Counted from the stretch's first letter, positions 19,871 to 29,806 are shown. The stretch: 64,000 bases of DNA from an uncultured Methanosarcinales archaeon (GCA_964647565.1 CAZYIM010000009.1:11266-75265); one strand, 5' to 3'. Translations and numbers: made by a program. Notes: a model not told the origin generated them from the sequence alone.

Positions 19871-20227
19871 ATGGTAAAAGAGGTTAAAGGTAATAAAGTT
19901 TCTAAACATCTGATAAAGAAAAATGCTCTTGAGACAGACAGCTTGATAAAAAATATCCTTCAACTGGAGGGATTGAACTTCACAGAGTCTGATATCAAGA
20001 ACATGAAGCTTGTCTCTGAAGAAAATTGCACCACTATTTTCCTGGATTCAGAGCTTGAAGCACTTGATCTAAACCTGTCTGGAAAGCTATTGAAGCATTT
20101 CCATGAAAAATTGAACATGAAACCTGCTGAAGTCAGTGAATGGAGTGACAAGTTCAAAGTGCTTTATGATCTTTCTTTTGAGAAAGCATCTGTAGTATTG
20201 TTTGTTAGAAAACCCTTTATGAGTTGA
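19871..20227 (+). CDS. Hypothetical protein
   Basis: 118-aa ORF with TTTAAA box upstream. Confidence 0.55.
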   Translation: MVKEVKGNKVSKHLIKKNALETDSLIKNILQLEGLNFTESDIKNMKLVSEENCTTIFLDSELEALDLNLSGKLLKHFHEKLNMKPAEVSEWSDKFKVLYDLSFEKASVVLFVRKPFMS

Positions 20228-20228
20228 A

Positions 20229-20909
20229 TTATTCCATTAACTTTATCTCATTTCTTAAGTGTTCAACCAACTGATCAAGTCCATCAGAATTGACTTGTAT
20301 TGGCCTACGGATATCAACTAAAACCTTGGATCTGAATCTCTTGTGGTCTTCATATTCTACATCGATTGGTAAAAATGTGATTGGTTCATCTAAGGTTTTC
20401 TGGACCTCTAGCAACCGTTTCAGAGGGGCTCTGTTAATTGGCCCCAGTCTCTTGTAATATCGGGTGGTTTCAGGATATAAGGTAATAATATCTCTTTTGG
20501 ACAGTATATACCCCATAATACCAGTAACATAATCTCGGGTTTTTTTTGCCATCAGTATCATTGCTTTTTTCTGCTCCCTACTTTCAGTTCCGTCGAGCTG
20601 TTTTAAGGCATCCTTTTTTCTTACTATCGGAACACCCCCACAATATTCAAGGATCTTGGTAAGGCTGTCTTTCATTATGACATAACCATGATTACCATAA
20701 GCCTTGTTTAAAGTCAAACCAATCAGAGGAATATCCATCCAGCTTTGATGCTTAGGTAAGACAACAAGACCTTTGTTTTCTAAACCATCGAATCTGTAAG
20801 TATTCTTAAAAGAAATATCATAAAATGAATGCATAACAATCTTAGCAGTCTTAGCAATTAAATAAGAAAAAAGTTTATTCTTCCTCAATCTATATTGAAC
20901 GTCCACCAT
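20229..20909 (-). CDS. PlsC-like (lysophospholipid) acyltransferase
   Basis: HxxxxD motif PKHQSWMDI and YPETTR (variant of FPEGTR). Confidence 0.8.
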   Translation of the reverse strand: MVDVQYRLRKNKLFSYLIAKTAKIVMHSFYDISFKNTYRFDGLENKGLVVLPKHQSWMDIPLIGLTLNKAYGNHGYVIMKDSLTKILEYCGGVPIVRKKDALKQLDGTESREQKKAMILMAKKTRDYVTGIMGYILSKRDIITLYPETTRYYKRLGPINRAPLKRLLEVQKTLDEPITFLPIDVEYEDHKRFRSKVLVDIRRPIQVNSDGLDQLVEHLRNEIKLME

Positions 20910-20941
20910 AAGAAAAAGGAAAGTGAGAAGAATATAAAAAT

Positions 20942-21250
20942 TTATCCGGTTTCTTTATAAATCCAATCCTCAAAAGCTTTATTAGCCTCAACATCCAATT
21001 TCATGATGCAGGGCACATCATAAGGATGGATCTTCTCAACCTCTTGCTTGACCATTTCCCAGTTCTCTTTTCGAGTCTTGACAATGGTCACGATCTCATC
21101 TTCACAAGCAAGTTTGCCTTTCCACCAATAAGAGCTTTTCATAGGGAAAAAGTTGGCGCATGCAACAATTTTTTTCTTCAGAAGATGATCTGATACTCTC
21201 TTAGCTTCTTCCTCATTCGGATAGGTTATATAGATAAGGATGAATGACAT
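20942..21250 (-). CDS. cutA: Divalent-cation tolerance protein CutA
   Basis: VACAN, SYWWKG, VKT, HPYDVPCI. Confidence 0.95.
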   Translation of the reverse strand: MSFILIYITYPNEEEAKRVSDHLLKKKIVACANFFPMKSSYWWKGKLACEDEIVTIVKTRKENWEMVKQEVEKIHPYDVPCIMKLDVEANKAFEDWIYKETG

Positions 21251-21292
21251 GGAAAAAGATACTGCTCTTCTGCTTAAAAATGTTTTTGTAAG

Positions 21293-22210
21293 CTATTGGA
21301 TCTCAAACATTTCATAAGAATTTATTATACCTGAATGACCCTTTCGCAAGGAATACACAATCTGTTTTAATTCTGCCATGTCTTTGACATGGACATTAAG
21401 GATAATATTGAAGTGCCCCAAACATCTGGAATATCTGATGATCTGTGGATGTTTACTGCAAGACTCAAGGAACTCTGTCATTTTGAGTGGATCTGGAGCC
21501 AAATTGAACAAACAAAGAATATTCTGATATCCAAGCACAGAAATGTTAATCTTAGGCGAACATCTAAGCAATATTTTCTCTGATTTTAGATAGTTATACT
21601 TATCTTTTATTGTATCATAGCTTTTCTTTAATTGCTGTGCAATCTGTAATAATGAGCTTAAGGGCTGCTTTTTCAATATTTCATATGTTTTTTGTTCTGC
21701 ATCTTTTAGTTCAATCAATTTGCCGGCAGTATACTTTACAGCAGAGCCTGGCTTATCATACAAATAATCATGACAACCGATATAGCCTTCATGATCGACA
21801 TAAAACCTGTATTCTTTTATGTGATGACCTGCAACGGTAAATATTTTTCCCAATACTTGATTAAACGAGCATATGTCTTTTTCTATTATTACAACAAGAA
21901 TGTCCCAGTGACCAGAAATCGAAGTCACCCAGGAAACCGAATTCATTTTAGCAAGCTTGTTGATCAGTTCTCGCTCATCCGCATATACAAGATTTTGAAA
22001 CCGCATCAAAAGGCCAAAAGACAATTTGCCAAGAATCACCTGATTTGAAATATACTGAAAACCTGTTATTATTTTTCTTTTTTTCAACCGTTTAATCCTG
22101 TAGCTGACCAAAGTTTTATTTGTCCCGATCTTTCTGGCAATTTTTGAATGGCTTTGACGGCTGTCAATCTCCAGTTCCCTTAATATCTTCTTATCCAGCA
22201 TATCTAGCAT
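21293..22210 (-). CDS. Lrp/AsnC-family regulator with a tandem duplicated HTH+RAM architecture
   Basis: LDKKILRELEIDSRQSHSKIARKIG HTH; a second HTH/RAM unit in the C-terminal half. Confidence 0.85.
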   Translation of the reverse strand: MLDMLDKKILRELEIDSRQSHSKIARKIGTNKTLVSYRIKRLKKRKIITGFQYISNQVILGKLSFGLLMRFQNLVYADERELINKLAKMNSVSWVTSISGHWDILVVIIEKDICSFNQVLGKIFTVAGHHIKEYRFYVDHEGYIGCHDYLYDKPGSAVKYTAGKLIELKDAEQKTYEILKKQPLSSLLQIAQQLKKSYDTIKDKYNYLKSEKILLRCSPKINISVLGYQNILCLFNLAPDPLKMTEFLESCSKHPQIIRYSRCLGHFNIILNVHVKDMAELKQIVYSLRKGHSGIINSYEMFEIQ

Positions 22211-22315
22211 AATATCCCATTATTCTTATTTTTATATAAATTTTTCTAATTTTGAAAGATAAATCAAGAGATATATCTATATAATATACTAAACGACCAA
22301 TTATTAGGTGATAAA

Positions 22316-23287
22316 ATGAAAAAAATCAAATACGGAGTTATTGGATGTGGCGCACACTCCAGGATGTCACATGCCCTGCCTGGAAAAGAAATCCCTGATC
22401 TGGAGTTGACATCATTATATGATATCTCTTTACCCCAGATGCAATCATTTGAAAAGGAATATGGAACAACACTCAAGAAACACACGGACCTGAACAAATT
22501 CTTTAATAGTGAAATTGATGCTGTACTCATCGGCTCACCAGATGAATTTCATTTTAACCAACTTCAAACAGCATTGACAGCAGGCAAACACGTTTTTATT
22601 GAGAAACCTCTAGCCACCAATACAAATGAATTACAGCCCTTAATGGCCCTATTAGACTATTCAACAGATAACAACCTATTAGTCAGCAGCTGCCATCCAA
22701 GAAGACTTGATCCGCCTTTCATCTGGCTTAAAGAAAAGTTGACAGAACTAAATACCTCGTTGGGAAAAGTAATATCTTTCTCATTTGATTTCTCATATCA
22801 CCAGCCAGTAAAGGCCTGGAAGCATGAAAGAGGTCTGGTTTTAGATCATGCCAATCACGAAATTGATCTGTTGCATTATCTGTTCGACTATAAGGATTTT
22901 GAAGCTAATCGATTAGTTGACAGCTATAACAGGTATTGCATAACCGGAAACAGAACAGATGATATGAATTTTGTATTTTCTGGAACCCGGACCCTATCCT
23001 CAAAAAGATATCTTGAATTCAGTTCTCTAAGGTTTGAACGGGGATTGCTAAATATGGATTCAATCAACGGAATAGCCACACTTGTTGATCACGAAAACAA
23101 TTCGACAAAAACCTACGGGATTCCAAAAACAGACTATCAGTTAAGAGGTAAAAGAACACTTGAGAATTTTGTGAAAGCAATAAGAGGTGTTGAAGACTGC
23201 TATCTATCATCAAGAGATCTCTATATCAACACTGCAATGTCTGTTAATCTGAGCGAAAGAGCAAATTGGAAATGTTATTGGAGATGA
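22316..23287 (+). CDS. Gfo/Idh/MocA-family oxidoreductase
   Basis: GVIGCG, GKHVFIEKP, DHANHEID; GGTGA RBS. Confidence 0.9.
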   Translation: MKKIKYGVIGCGAHSRMSHALPGKEIPDLELTSLYDISLPQMQSFEKEYGTTLKKHTDLNKFFNSEIDAVLIGSPDEFHFNQLQTALTAGKHVFIEKPLATNTNELQPLMALLDYSTDNNLLVSSCHPRRLDPPFIWLKEKLTELNTSLGKVISFSFDFSYHQPVKAWKHERGLVLDHANHEIDLLHYLFDYKDFEANRLVDSYNRYCITGNRTDDMNFVFSGTRTLSSKRYLEFSSLRFERGLLNMDSINGIATLVDHENNSTKTYGIPKTDYQLRGKRTLENFVKAIRGVEDCYLSSRDLYINTAMSVNLSERANWKCYWR

Positions 23288-23293
23288 AAAAAG

Positions 23294-23542
23294 ATGGAAG
23301 TAATTAAAAAGGGAACGAAACGATTAGTTGAGTGTCTGGAATGCGGGAGCGTCTTAAAGTATTATGCAGGTGATGTCTATAAGAGATACGAGCCTCATGT
23401 AATGTATGAGATGGAAGGCAGAGACAGATACTACATTACATGCCCCTGCGGCACGGAGATGGATATTACATCAAAGATAAGTTCAAGAATGACAAAAAAA
23501 GTAGGTGAACTAAAAAAGCTGGATGACCTGGAATATCTTTAA
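23294..23542 (+). CDS. Small zinc-ribbon protein
   Basis: CLECG...CPCG. Confidence 0.65.
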   Translation: MEVIKKGTKRLVECLECGSVLKYYAGDVYKRYEPHVMYEMEGRDRYYITCPCGTEMDITSKISSRMTKKVGELKKLDDLEYL

Positions 23543-23608
23543 TTAGATTCACTTTTAAGTAGTTACAATAATAAACTTTATATACGCTAGAAATTTCCCC
23601 AATCACAT

Positions 23609-24052
23609 ATGGAAATAGCCACTAAAACCTTGATTGAAGCTGGTGCCACGTTGCTGGCCGGTTGCTGGGCATTTAAAGGAACCTATAGTTTTATAGATGT
23701 TTTTAAAGGCCAGCGTAAATTAAGAAAAGCAGTCTCTGACCTTGAAACCTATATCAGTGAAAACAGCGCAGAAGCTCTCAATAATGCAAAAAGCAGGATT
23801 CAAAAAGGCTATCACTCATTGACCTCCCACTGGCATGTATTCCCACTGTCTCCAAGTGCAAAAAAACTTGACAATCTGGTTGAGGATCTAGATAACCAAC
23901 CAAACAATGAGATTCAATACTCAATCATTCCCAAGATCAATAATGTTAAAGACGCATATAGAGGTCCAGGCAACTGCCCTTATGTCAAAATGCTGATCCC
24001 ACTCGGAGCCACAATATATTTCGGTATTCAAACCATTAAAGCATTGATGTAA
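23609..24052 (+). CDS. Hypothetical membrane protein (tandem paralog A)
   Basis: Hydrophobic N and C termini; GNCP motif; aligns with the gene at 24054. Confidence 0.7.
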   Translation: MEIATKTLIEAGATLLAGCWAFKGTYSFIDVFKGQRKLRKAVSDLETYISENSAEALNNAKSRIQKGYHSLTSHWHVFPLSPSAKKLDNLVEDLDNQPNNEIQYSIIPKINNVKDAYRGPGNCPYVKMLIPLGATIYFGIQTIKALM

Positions 24053-24053
24053 A

Positions 24054-24530
24054 ATGAAACCAATCCATAAAGCTCTAATAGGTACAGGAGTAACGATACT
24101 ATTTGCCTATCTGACATATAAAGGTATCAGAGGATTTATAGAAGTCATTGGAGGAACAGGCAATTTGGGCGATGGCATCTCTAATCTCGAACTTTATGTT
24201 TCAGAAGGCAGCAAAGAGGTGTTGGCAAATGCCAAAACCCTTGTCCAAAATGGATACAAAGCCTTAACCTCATATCCCCACATACTTCCTATAGGAACTC
24301 ATGCATCAGAAATAGGGGATATTGTTCAAAATATTGACACTTATAATGCACAAGAGTTGACAGATACAATCATTCCTAAAATACAAGAAGTCAAAAATTC
24401 ATATTCCGGCGTTGGCAACTGCCCTCACAAAATGACCATTCCAACCATTCTAACAATTTTCAGCACATCGAAAACAACAAAACTCTGGAAAAATTATTCT
24501 AAAAATGCCCGAAGCACCTCTCAAGTGTAG
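24054..24530 (+). CDS. Hypothetical membrane protein (tandem paralog B)
   Basis: Shares LE.Y.SE.S.E.L.NAK, GY..LTS, IIPKI..VK..Y.G.GNCP with paralog A. Confidence 0.7.
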   Translation: MKPIHKALIGTGVTILFAYLTYKGIRGFIEVIGGTGNLGDGISNLELYVSEGSKEVLANAKTLVQNGYKALTSYPHILPIGTHASEIGDIVQNIDTYNAQELTDTIIPKIQEVKNSYSGVGNCPHKMTIPTILTIFSTSKTTKLWKNYSKNARSTSQV

Positions 24531-25725
24531 CAGGCATTGCAATGCCATACTTATTAGCTGCCTTGATGACGCTTATATCTCTTTGTGATCCAAATGGCTG
24601 GGTTACAGCAGTAACACCCACTCTGGACAAACGTTCAATAGAGTCAGGAAATGGGAAAAACGCATCTGAAGCGCATACAGCTCCCTTGAATGGTTGGTCT
24701 TTAAGTTGTTCATATCCATTGATGCCATAAAAAGGGTCGTACGCAATACCTTCCCGGTCCATGGCCTTCTGCATGCCCTTTATGATAGCCTGTTCAACTG
24801 CGCCAACTCTTTCGACCTGACCAGAACCCATTGCTACTGATACTCCATTTTTAACAAAGACTACGCCATTACTTCTTGCACCTGCAATATTCAAGCGCCA
24901 TGCAGTCAATAAATCATCTAATTCCCAGCCTGTCGGTTTTTTTTCAACTTCATACCAGATATCATCTTTCTTGCTCTGCAACATAGGGTGTAGTATAAAA
25001 TCATCAATATTCTTTATAGATGTAAGATAGATATCCTGGATTCCAATCCTTCCAGTCGGCATGTCCTTAACAGACAGCATGCCATGTGTATCATCACCAA
25101 TAAACTTAGGCATAGCACCCATACCAAATATGTTATAACTTGCGATGCGAAGATTTGCTGATTGGGCCTCAAGATATTCCAAAACACCCTTGCCAAAGGA
25201 GGGCGCTGCCACAACATCTACAAAGAAAACAGCTTTGCCCTTTAATTCATACATTGCTTTTGCAGTTTCCATATCAAGTTCATCTGTAAATACCGCTGTT
25301 CCTCCGAAGTTGCTCCTCCTGTCAGTATCCCTTGCCAATCTGAACAGGTCTGTCATGGTCTGTCCTTCTGTAACTTTCTTGGCAAATCCAGAGACAATGG
25401 TGTGTTTCATGATTGCAACCGCGTCATTATCAACAAAATATTTCAGAGTATCCATGGCACGGGTAATATCCATCATGTTATTGAGAGATAATCCACCTTT
25501 ACCTTTACTGTCGCTGCGCACAGACTCTATCTCAGTCAGTTCTGCAATATGCTTTGCGTTCTCACCTCTTATACTGTCCAGAAAATACATGGCTGCGTGC
25601 TGGTTTGGATTCTCACCATATTTAAGGTCCCATTCCTTCTGCAGCTTGATGACCATCTCAGAAGGGAAGTCTCCTCCAGATCGTTGCCTGTACTTCTTCT
25701 TCATTCCAGAGATGTCAGTCCCCAT
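24499..25725 (-). CDS. purH: AICAR transformylase (PurH transformylase domain only)
   Basis: LKYGENPNQHA, SNGVV, GSGQVERV, ASDAFFPFPDSI, QPFGSQRD, RCFGH; no N-terminal IMP cyclohydrolase/MGS domain. Confidence 0.85.
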   Translation of the reverse strand: MGTDISGMKKKYRQRSGGDFPSEMVIKLQKEWDLKYGENPNQHAAMYFLDSIRGENAKHIAELTEIESVRSDSKGKGGLSLNNMMDITRAMDTLKYFVDNDAVAIMKHTIVSGFAKKVTEGQTMTDLFRLARDTDRRSNFGGTAVFTDELDMETAKAMYELKGKAVFFVDVVAAPSFGKGVLEYLEAQSANLRIASYNIFGMGAMPKFIGDDTHGMLSVKDMPTGRIGIQDIYLTSIKNIDDFILHPMLQSKKDDIWYEVEKKPTGWELDDLLTAWRLNIAGARSNGVVFVKNGVSVAMGSGQVERVGAVEQAIIKGMQKAMDREGIAYDPFYGINGYEQLKDQPFKGAVCASDAFFPFPDSIERLSRVGVTAVTQPFGSQRDISVIKAANKYGIAMPATLERCFGHF

Positions 25726-25726
25726 C

Positions 25727-26566
25727 TTAGCTCCCTCTATCAATCCTATTTATTGTAACAGGTTCTTCAAGAGTTCCATCTTTTCTCATTAAAACTGTAG
25801 CTGTAGCAACTCTGTAGTTGTCTCCATGTTCCTGACCACCAAAAACTGCCTTGTAGAAACTTTCTGCAATATCTTCAACATTATTAGATGATATCTTAAA
25901 GTCCATTGGATCATCTGAATAAGGTTGTAGCGGTGTTTCATTACCACCTTTATACGTTGCTATACCAAACGCAACTCCAGGCTCGAGATCTCGCGCCCAT
26001 ATAGCACTAGCATAACTCTTCATATACTCATCTCTCCAAACCATATGCAAAGATGCTTTACCTCCAAAAGTACATGCACTTATTCGAGGAGTGTAGTTAG
26101 GAGCATCAGGTTCATACTGAGTTATGTCTATCCAACCAAACCTATTGCTATATTCAAATGCACTCTTAGAAAAGGCAGATTGAATAATGTTTGTAGGTGT
26201 AAGGTTATTCAGGGTATTTTCCCTCAGAATAACAGCTGAATAAAGAAGCTTGGTCTGTGCACCATTGCTTGCAATCAATACAGGTTCGCCTACATTTTCT
26301 GTTATCGGCACAACAGCAGGATACAACAGCAAAGCAGGGTCACCGCCCATCAACTGTTTAGCATCAGTAACATCAGTTATGATGGTGTTGCTTTTAGCAT
26401 CTGGCACACCCTCTTCTTCAGGTATCCTAAGCTTCCTGGCCTGGCTTGAAGGGCTTCTGCCTGTCAGGGTATATGCCACAAAGGTGTCGCCCTCAGGAGT
26501 CATACCGACTGCGATGCCTCTTCCAGAATAAATCATACTTTCTAACTCTCTCAAATCAGTTGTCAT
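25727..26566 (-). CDS. IMP cyclohydrolase-like protein (PurO/Ntn-hydrolase family)
   Basis: YSGRGI, GRSPSSQAR, SNGAQT, YEPDAPNYTPRIS; coupled to purH; GAGGTG RBS before ATG 26566. Confidence 0.8.
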   Translation of the reverse strand: MTTDLRELESMIYSGRGIAVGMTPEGDTFVAYTLTGRSPSSQARKLRIPEEEGVPDAKSNTIITDVTDAKQLMGGDPALLLYPAVVPITENVGEPVLIASNGAQTKLLYSAVILRENTLNNLTPTNIIQSAFSKSAFEYSNRFGWIDITQYEPDAPNYTPRISACTFGGKASLHMVWRDEYMKSYASAIWARDLEPGVAFGIATYKGGNETPLQPYSDDPMDFKISSNNVEDIAESFYKAVFGGQEHGDNYRVATATVLMRKDGTLEEPVTINRIDRGS

Positions 26567-26640
26567 ATATACCACCTCAAAGCACAAAGAAATACTAAAT
26601 AGTATAAATAATTAGTGTTAATAGAATATATAGATTATGT

Positions 26641-27219
26641 TTAATCAGCTAGATACTTAGAAAGCGTCCTAATAAAATTTCCAAAACCTCTAAGACCCAG
26701 CATCAAGGCATGAAACATCCCATCTTCTACTCTGTCGACTGCCTGGTTTATCCTATCATATTTTTCCCCGCTTATCTCAAATGAGTAGTTACCGTTATAG
26801 TCATCATATTTTATCAGTCTCAGCTCATCCTTGTTTAAGACTTGAGGATTCTTTCTGTCTTTAAGGTATTTGCCGTACATCCTCAGATTAACGCATAAGG
26901 TATCTGCAGAATCCAGTTCACTCACTATCAATCTCTTCGGTCCAACCACAGTATGATCCTGTTCATAGGCCCAGCATTTGTCAGCAAGAACTTCGACTTG
27001 TTTTGCCAGATCAAGCATATAGCCTGAATTGATCATCTTATCATCTGTCATCATCACAATCTTATCATTGAGAGGATTAGTTTTAGGCTGTCGCATATAG
27101 GTTACGACTACCTTTGCTTCATGCTTGAGGTGTGCTAGTTGATTCTGTGCTTCTCTGTAATCATCTATTGTCCTGATTACTTTTTCCAGAGAAACCTGTT
27201 TTGATTTTTTGAATAACAT
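26641..27219 (-). CDS. Hypothetical protein
   Basis: 192-aa ORF. Confidence 0.55.
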   Translation of the reverse strand: MLFKKSKQVSLEKVIRTIDDYREAQNQLAHLKHEAKVVVTYMRQPKTNPLNDKIVMMTDDKMINSGYMLDLAKQVEVLADKCWAYEQDHTVVGPKRLIVSELDSADTLCVNLRMYGKYLKDRKNPQVLNKDELRLIKYDDYNGNYSFEISGEKYDRINQAVDRVEDGMFHALMLGLRGFGNFIRTLSKYLAD

Positions 27220-27327
27220 AGTCTTCTGAACTTGTTAGTTAATATGATAGAAAAAATGTAGCTTATCACTTATAAATGTTTTGTTTTTTACCACTAAAAA
27301 GTAATTAAAATTAACTGATAAAACATA

Positions 27328-27412
27328 AGCCCTCGATGGGAGTTGCACCCATGACCTGCTGCTCACCCGCAAAGTTACGAGGCAGCCGCTCTAGCTACTG
27401 AGCTACGAGGGC
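27328..27412 (-). tRNA. tRNA-Thr(CGT) with a 12-nt intron at position 37/38 (intron 27364-27375)
   Basis: Acceptor GCCCTCG/CGAGGGC, D arm GCTC/GAGC, anticodon stem GCTGC/GCAGC with loop CT-CGT-A^A, T arm ATGGG/CCCAT, U73, no encoded CCA. Confidence 0.92.
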
Positions 27413-27430
27413 AGAAGTAAACAGCCAGAA

Positions 27431-27583
27431 CTAGAGTTTCTCCTTGATCTCTCTCATCGTGTGCTTCTTCTGGCACGCACTACAGACAGGTTGCCGTTTG
27501 CTCTTCTTATCCTTGACATAAGAGCCCACAATCTTCTTCAAAAAGGTCTCTTCTATCTTCTTACCGCAGAGTTTGCACTTCAT
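27431..27583 (-). CDS. Small zinc-finger protein (50 aa; absent from the ORF track)
   Basis: MKCKLCGKKIEETFLKKIVGSYVKDKKSKRQPVCSACQKKHTMREIKEKL; two CxxC motifs. Confidence 0.75.
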   Translation of the reverse strand: MKCKLCGKKIEETFLKKIVGSYVKDKKSKRQPVCSACQKKHTMREIKEKL

Positions 27584-27635
27584 GCACACTAAAGAACAAG
27601 AATTGATTTAAAAGATTTGTGATTAAAAAGAAAGA

Positions 27636-28487
27636 TTAATAAATTACATGCAACTTGGTTTCTTTTTTATGATATTTTTTTGAAATGAACGATATTTGAG
27701 GAGGATTAAACTTGGTATTTTTCCATTGCGTACCACGAACCTCCGCCATATAATACTTCTTTTCACCACGTTCTCTGTACCAACCATCAAAATTGCCAGT
27801 AAGACCCACCATCATGTCATATGTTTTAACGCTGTCTGCAGATAACTGTGCTATCTCAATAAGACCAACATCAAAACCAGCACCTTTTAGGAGCGAAGCT
27901 GCAAGAATAGAGAGATCTTTTCGGTCACCACCACCCTCAACAAGAGTCTCGATCGGATATTTCAGGTAGTTATTATTACATAAATAGCGATCATTAAGAT
28001 GCTGATTAACAAAATCCATTATCAACTGGGCCTTTTTTTCTTCATTATCCTGATTTTGGGTTATGGTCTTAACAACTTCCTGCACTGTTGGATGTTGAGG
28101 GGTTATAAATTGCATAATTTCCTTGATATTTTTAGGATTATGGCTTTTCTGCTTATAAGGCAAAAAATGAGAAATATTAGTATAAAATTTCCACGAGTTG
28201 CCTCCAAAATTTGGCACATATATTATGATATTAGATTCTTCAGGCATAGCTTTCGAATCAATAGAAACTGCTGTCTCAATATAATAAGGTTTACCTACAA
28301 CAACAAGATTTTCTTTTGGTTCTGGAATCGAAGGTACTTTATCTCTCAAGCAGAAACCGAGCTCAGACTCAAGAACTCGTATTTTAGGCACATAATGGTT
28401 TTTGGTAAGTTTATGAGCTACACCTAAACCTAATGCCAAGGTTACAATTGGTGCGGCGATTAAGCCTATTTTAAATATACGTCTCAT
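27636..28487 (-). CDS. Membrane-anchored transglutaminase-like protein, probably catalytically inactive
   Basis: N-terminal TM; YPIETLVEGGGDRKDLSILAASLL, where GDC is expected. Confidence 0.7.
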   Translation of the reverse strand: MRRIFKIGLIAAPIVTLALGLGVAHKLTKNHYVPKIRVLESELGFCLRDKVPSIPEPKENLVVVGKPYYIETAVSIDSKAMPEESNIIIYVPNFGGNSWKFYTNISHFLPYKQKSHNPKNIKEIMQFITPQHPTVQEVVKTITQNQDNEEKKAQLIMDFVNQHLNDRYLCNNNYLKYPIETLVEGGGDRKDLSILAASLLKGAGFDVGLIEIAQLSADSVKTYDMMVGLTGNFDGWYRERGEKKYYMAEVRGTQWKNTKFNPPQISFISKKYHKKETKLHVIY

Positions 28488-28547
28488 ACCTCATCAGAGA
28501 AGCCACTCTATTTTAAAAATATTTCTATATTTTTCACTTTAAAGTGG

Positions 28548-29129
28548 TTAAAATACATATTGGACAAACATCAGAATAAGCGTAATGCCCAACAGCACCC
28601 CATAGACAGGTTTGCTCCAGTCCAGAATCTTCTTACCGTCAAACCAGCCAAAAGGTATCATATTGAACAAGGCCAGCCAGACATTGATCATGAAGCCATA
28701 CTGAGCGATCAAGATCAGCAGCTCTACCTGAGATAATACTGCAAAGACAGCAAAAGGAATGAACAATAAAGCAAAAACTACATTTGAAAGAGGTCCGGCC
28801 AAAGATATCAAGCCTCTCTGCTTTTTATTGACATGCCCCTGGATCATCACAGCACCAGGAGCTGCAAACACAAAGCCAAAAAAACTCATTATCAAAGCCA
28901 GCCAAAGCATCCGCTGGTTAGCTCGAAACTCCGCCCAGCAATGATATTTCTGGGCCATGAACTTATGAGCCATCTCATGCACCAAGAAACCTAATCCCAC
29001 TCCCACAGCCGCAACAACCAGAGCATAAGGGATTGCAACTCCGCTCCTGGCCAAAACAATACCAAATGCTAAGCTGATAAACAACCACGCCTTAAGCAAA
29101 TCACGCTTTTCAATCTCTGAGAATTTCAT
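28548..29129 (-). CDS. M50/site-2 membrane metalloprotease
   Basis: HEMAH, ISLAGP, FNMIPFGWFDG. Confidence 0.9.
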   Translation of the reverse strand: MKFSEIEKRDLLKAWLFISLAFGIVLARSGVAIPYALVVAAVGVGLGFLVHEMAHKFMAQKYHCWAEFRANQRMLWLALIMSFFGFVFAAPGAVMIQGHVNKKQRGLISLAGPLSNVVFALLFIPFAVFAVLSQVELLILIAQYGFMINVWLALFNMIPFGWFDGKKILDWSKPVYGVLLGITLILMFVQYVF

Positions 29130-29275
29130 AGAAAACAGCAAATCAGGATATGTTTAAAAAGTTAGCCATTTCTTTTTAACAAAAAAGCAAATTATATAAT
29201 AAAACCCCTATGGAGGGTATCATTGAAAACTATTTCTATAAGCGTTTTTTAAACCAGATCAGCCCTAAAAATCCC

Positions 29276-29806
29276 CTATATCTTCTCTTTGTTCACACCT
29301 AAAACATATCCAAGATAATGAAAGAGCAAACTTAACAAGGTGCTAATTACAAAAAGCATCAAGATTATTTCCCAAGAAGGAATAAAGATAAGAAATGAAA
29401 GCAAAAGTGCACCTATTATGAAATCAATTTGATCAAATGGAAACCATGTATGACTCGAATCTCGTCCACTCTGTCGTTTGAAGAAAGATTCTACTATATC
29501 ACCAAATAATGCTCCAAAACTCAATAAAAAACCTAACCAGAACGTGGTTTGAGGATAGTTAACAAGACTTATAGAACGAAACCATTCGATAGAATAAAGT
29601 TGTATCTGGATAAAGAATATCAACATTCCACAAAAAGTGCCAAGAACCAAGCCTCTCCAAGTCTTGCTCTTACCAAACATCCTTTTGCCTCTAAAGGTTT
29701 TGTTAAAATCAATGGGATATTTAAGTAATCTTAACTTCTTGAACAATGGAGGAGTCATGTTGGCTATCAAAGCAGGAAGAAAGTAGTATAGGGCTTGCAG
29801 TATCAT
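29276..29806 (-). CDS. carS: CDP-archaeol synthase
   Basis: ANMTP, PIDF, GKSKTWRG, GDIVESFFKRQ, DQIDF. Confidence 0.9.
   Translation of the reverse strand: MILQALYYFLPALIANMTPPLFKKLRLLKYPIDFNKTFRGKRMFGKSKTWRGLVLGTFCGMLIFFIQIQLYSIEWFRSISLVNYPQTTFWLGFLLSFGALFGDIVESFFKRQSGRDSSHTWFPFDQIDFIIGALLLSFLIFIPSWEIILMLFVISTLLSLLFHYLGYVLGVNKEKI

Noticed and set aside
25145..25792. 215-aa plus-strand ORF, and similar shadow ORFs such as 41987-42514, 36324-36773, 27999-28427 and 30934-31374
   Set aside because: They lie antisense to better-supported genes and have no recognisable motifs
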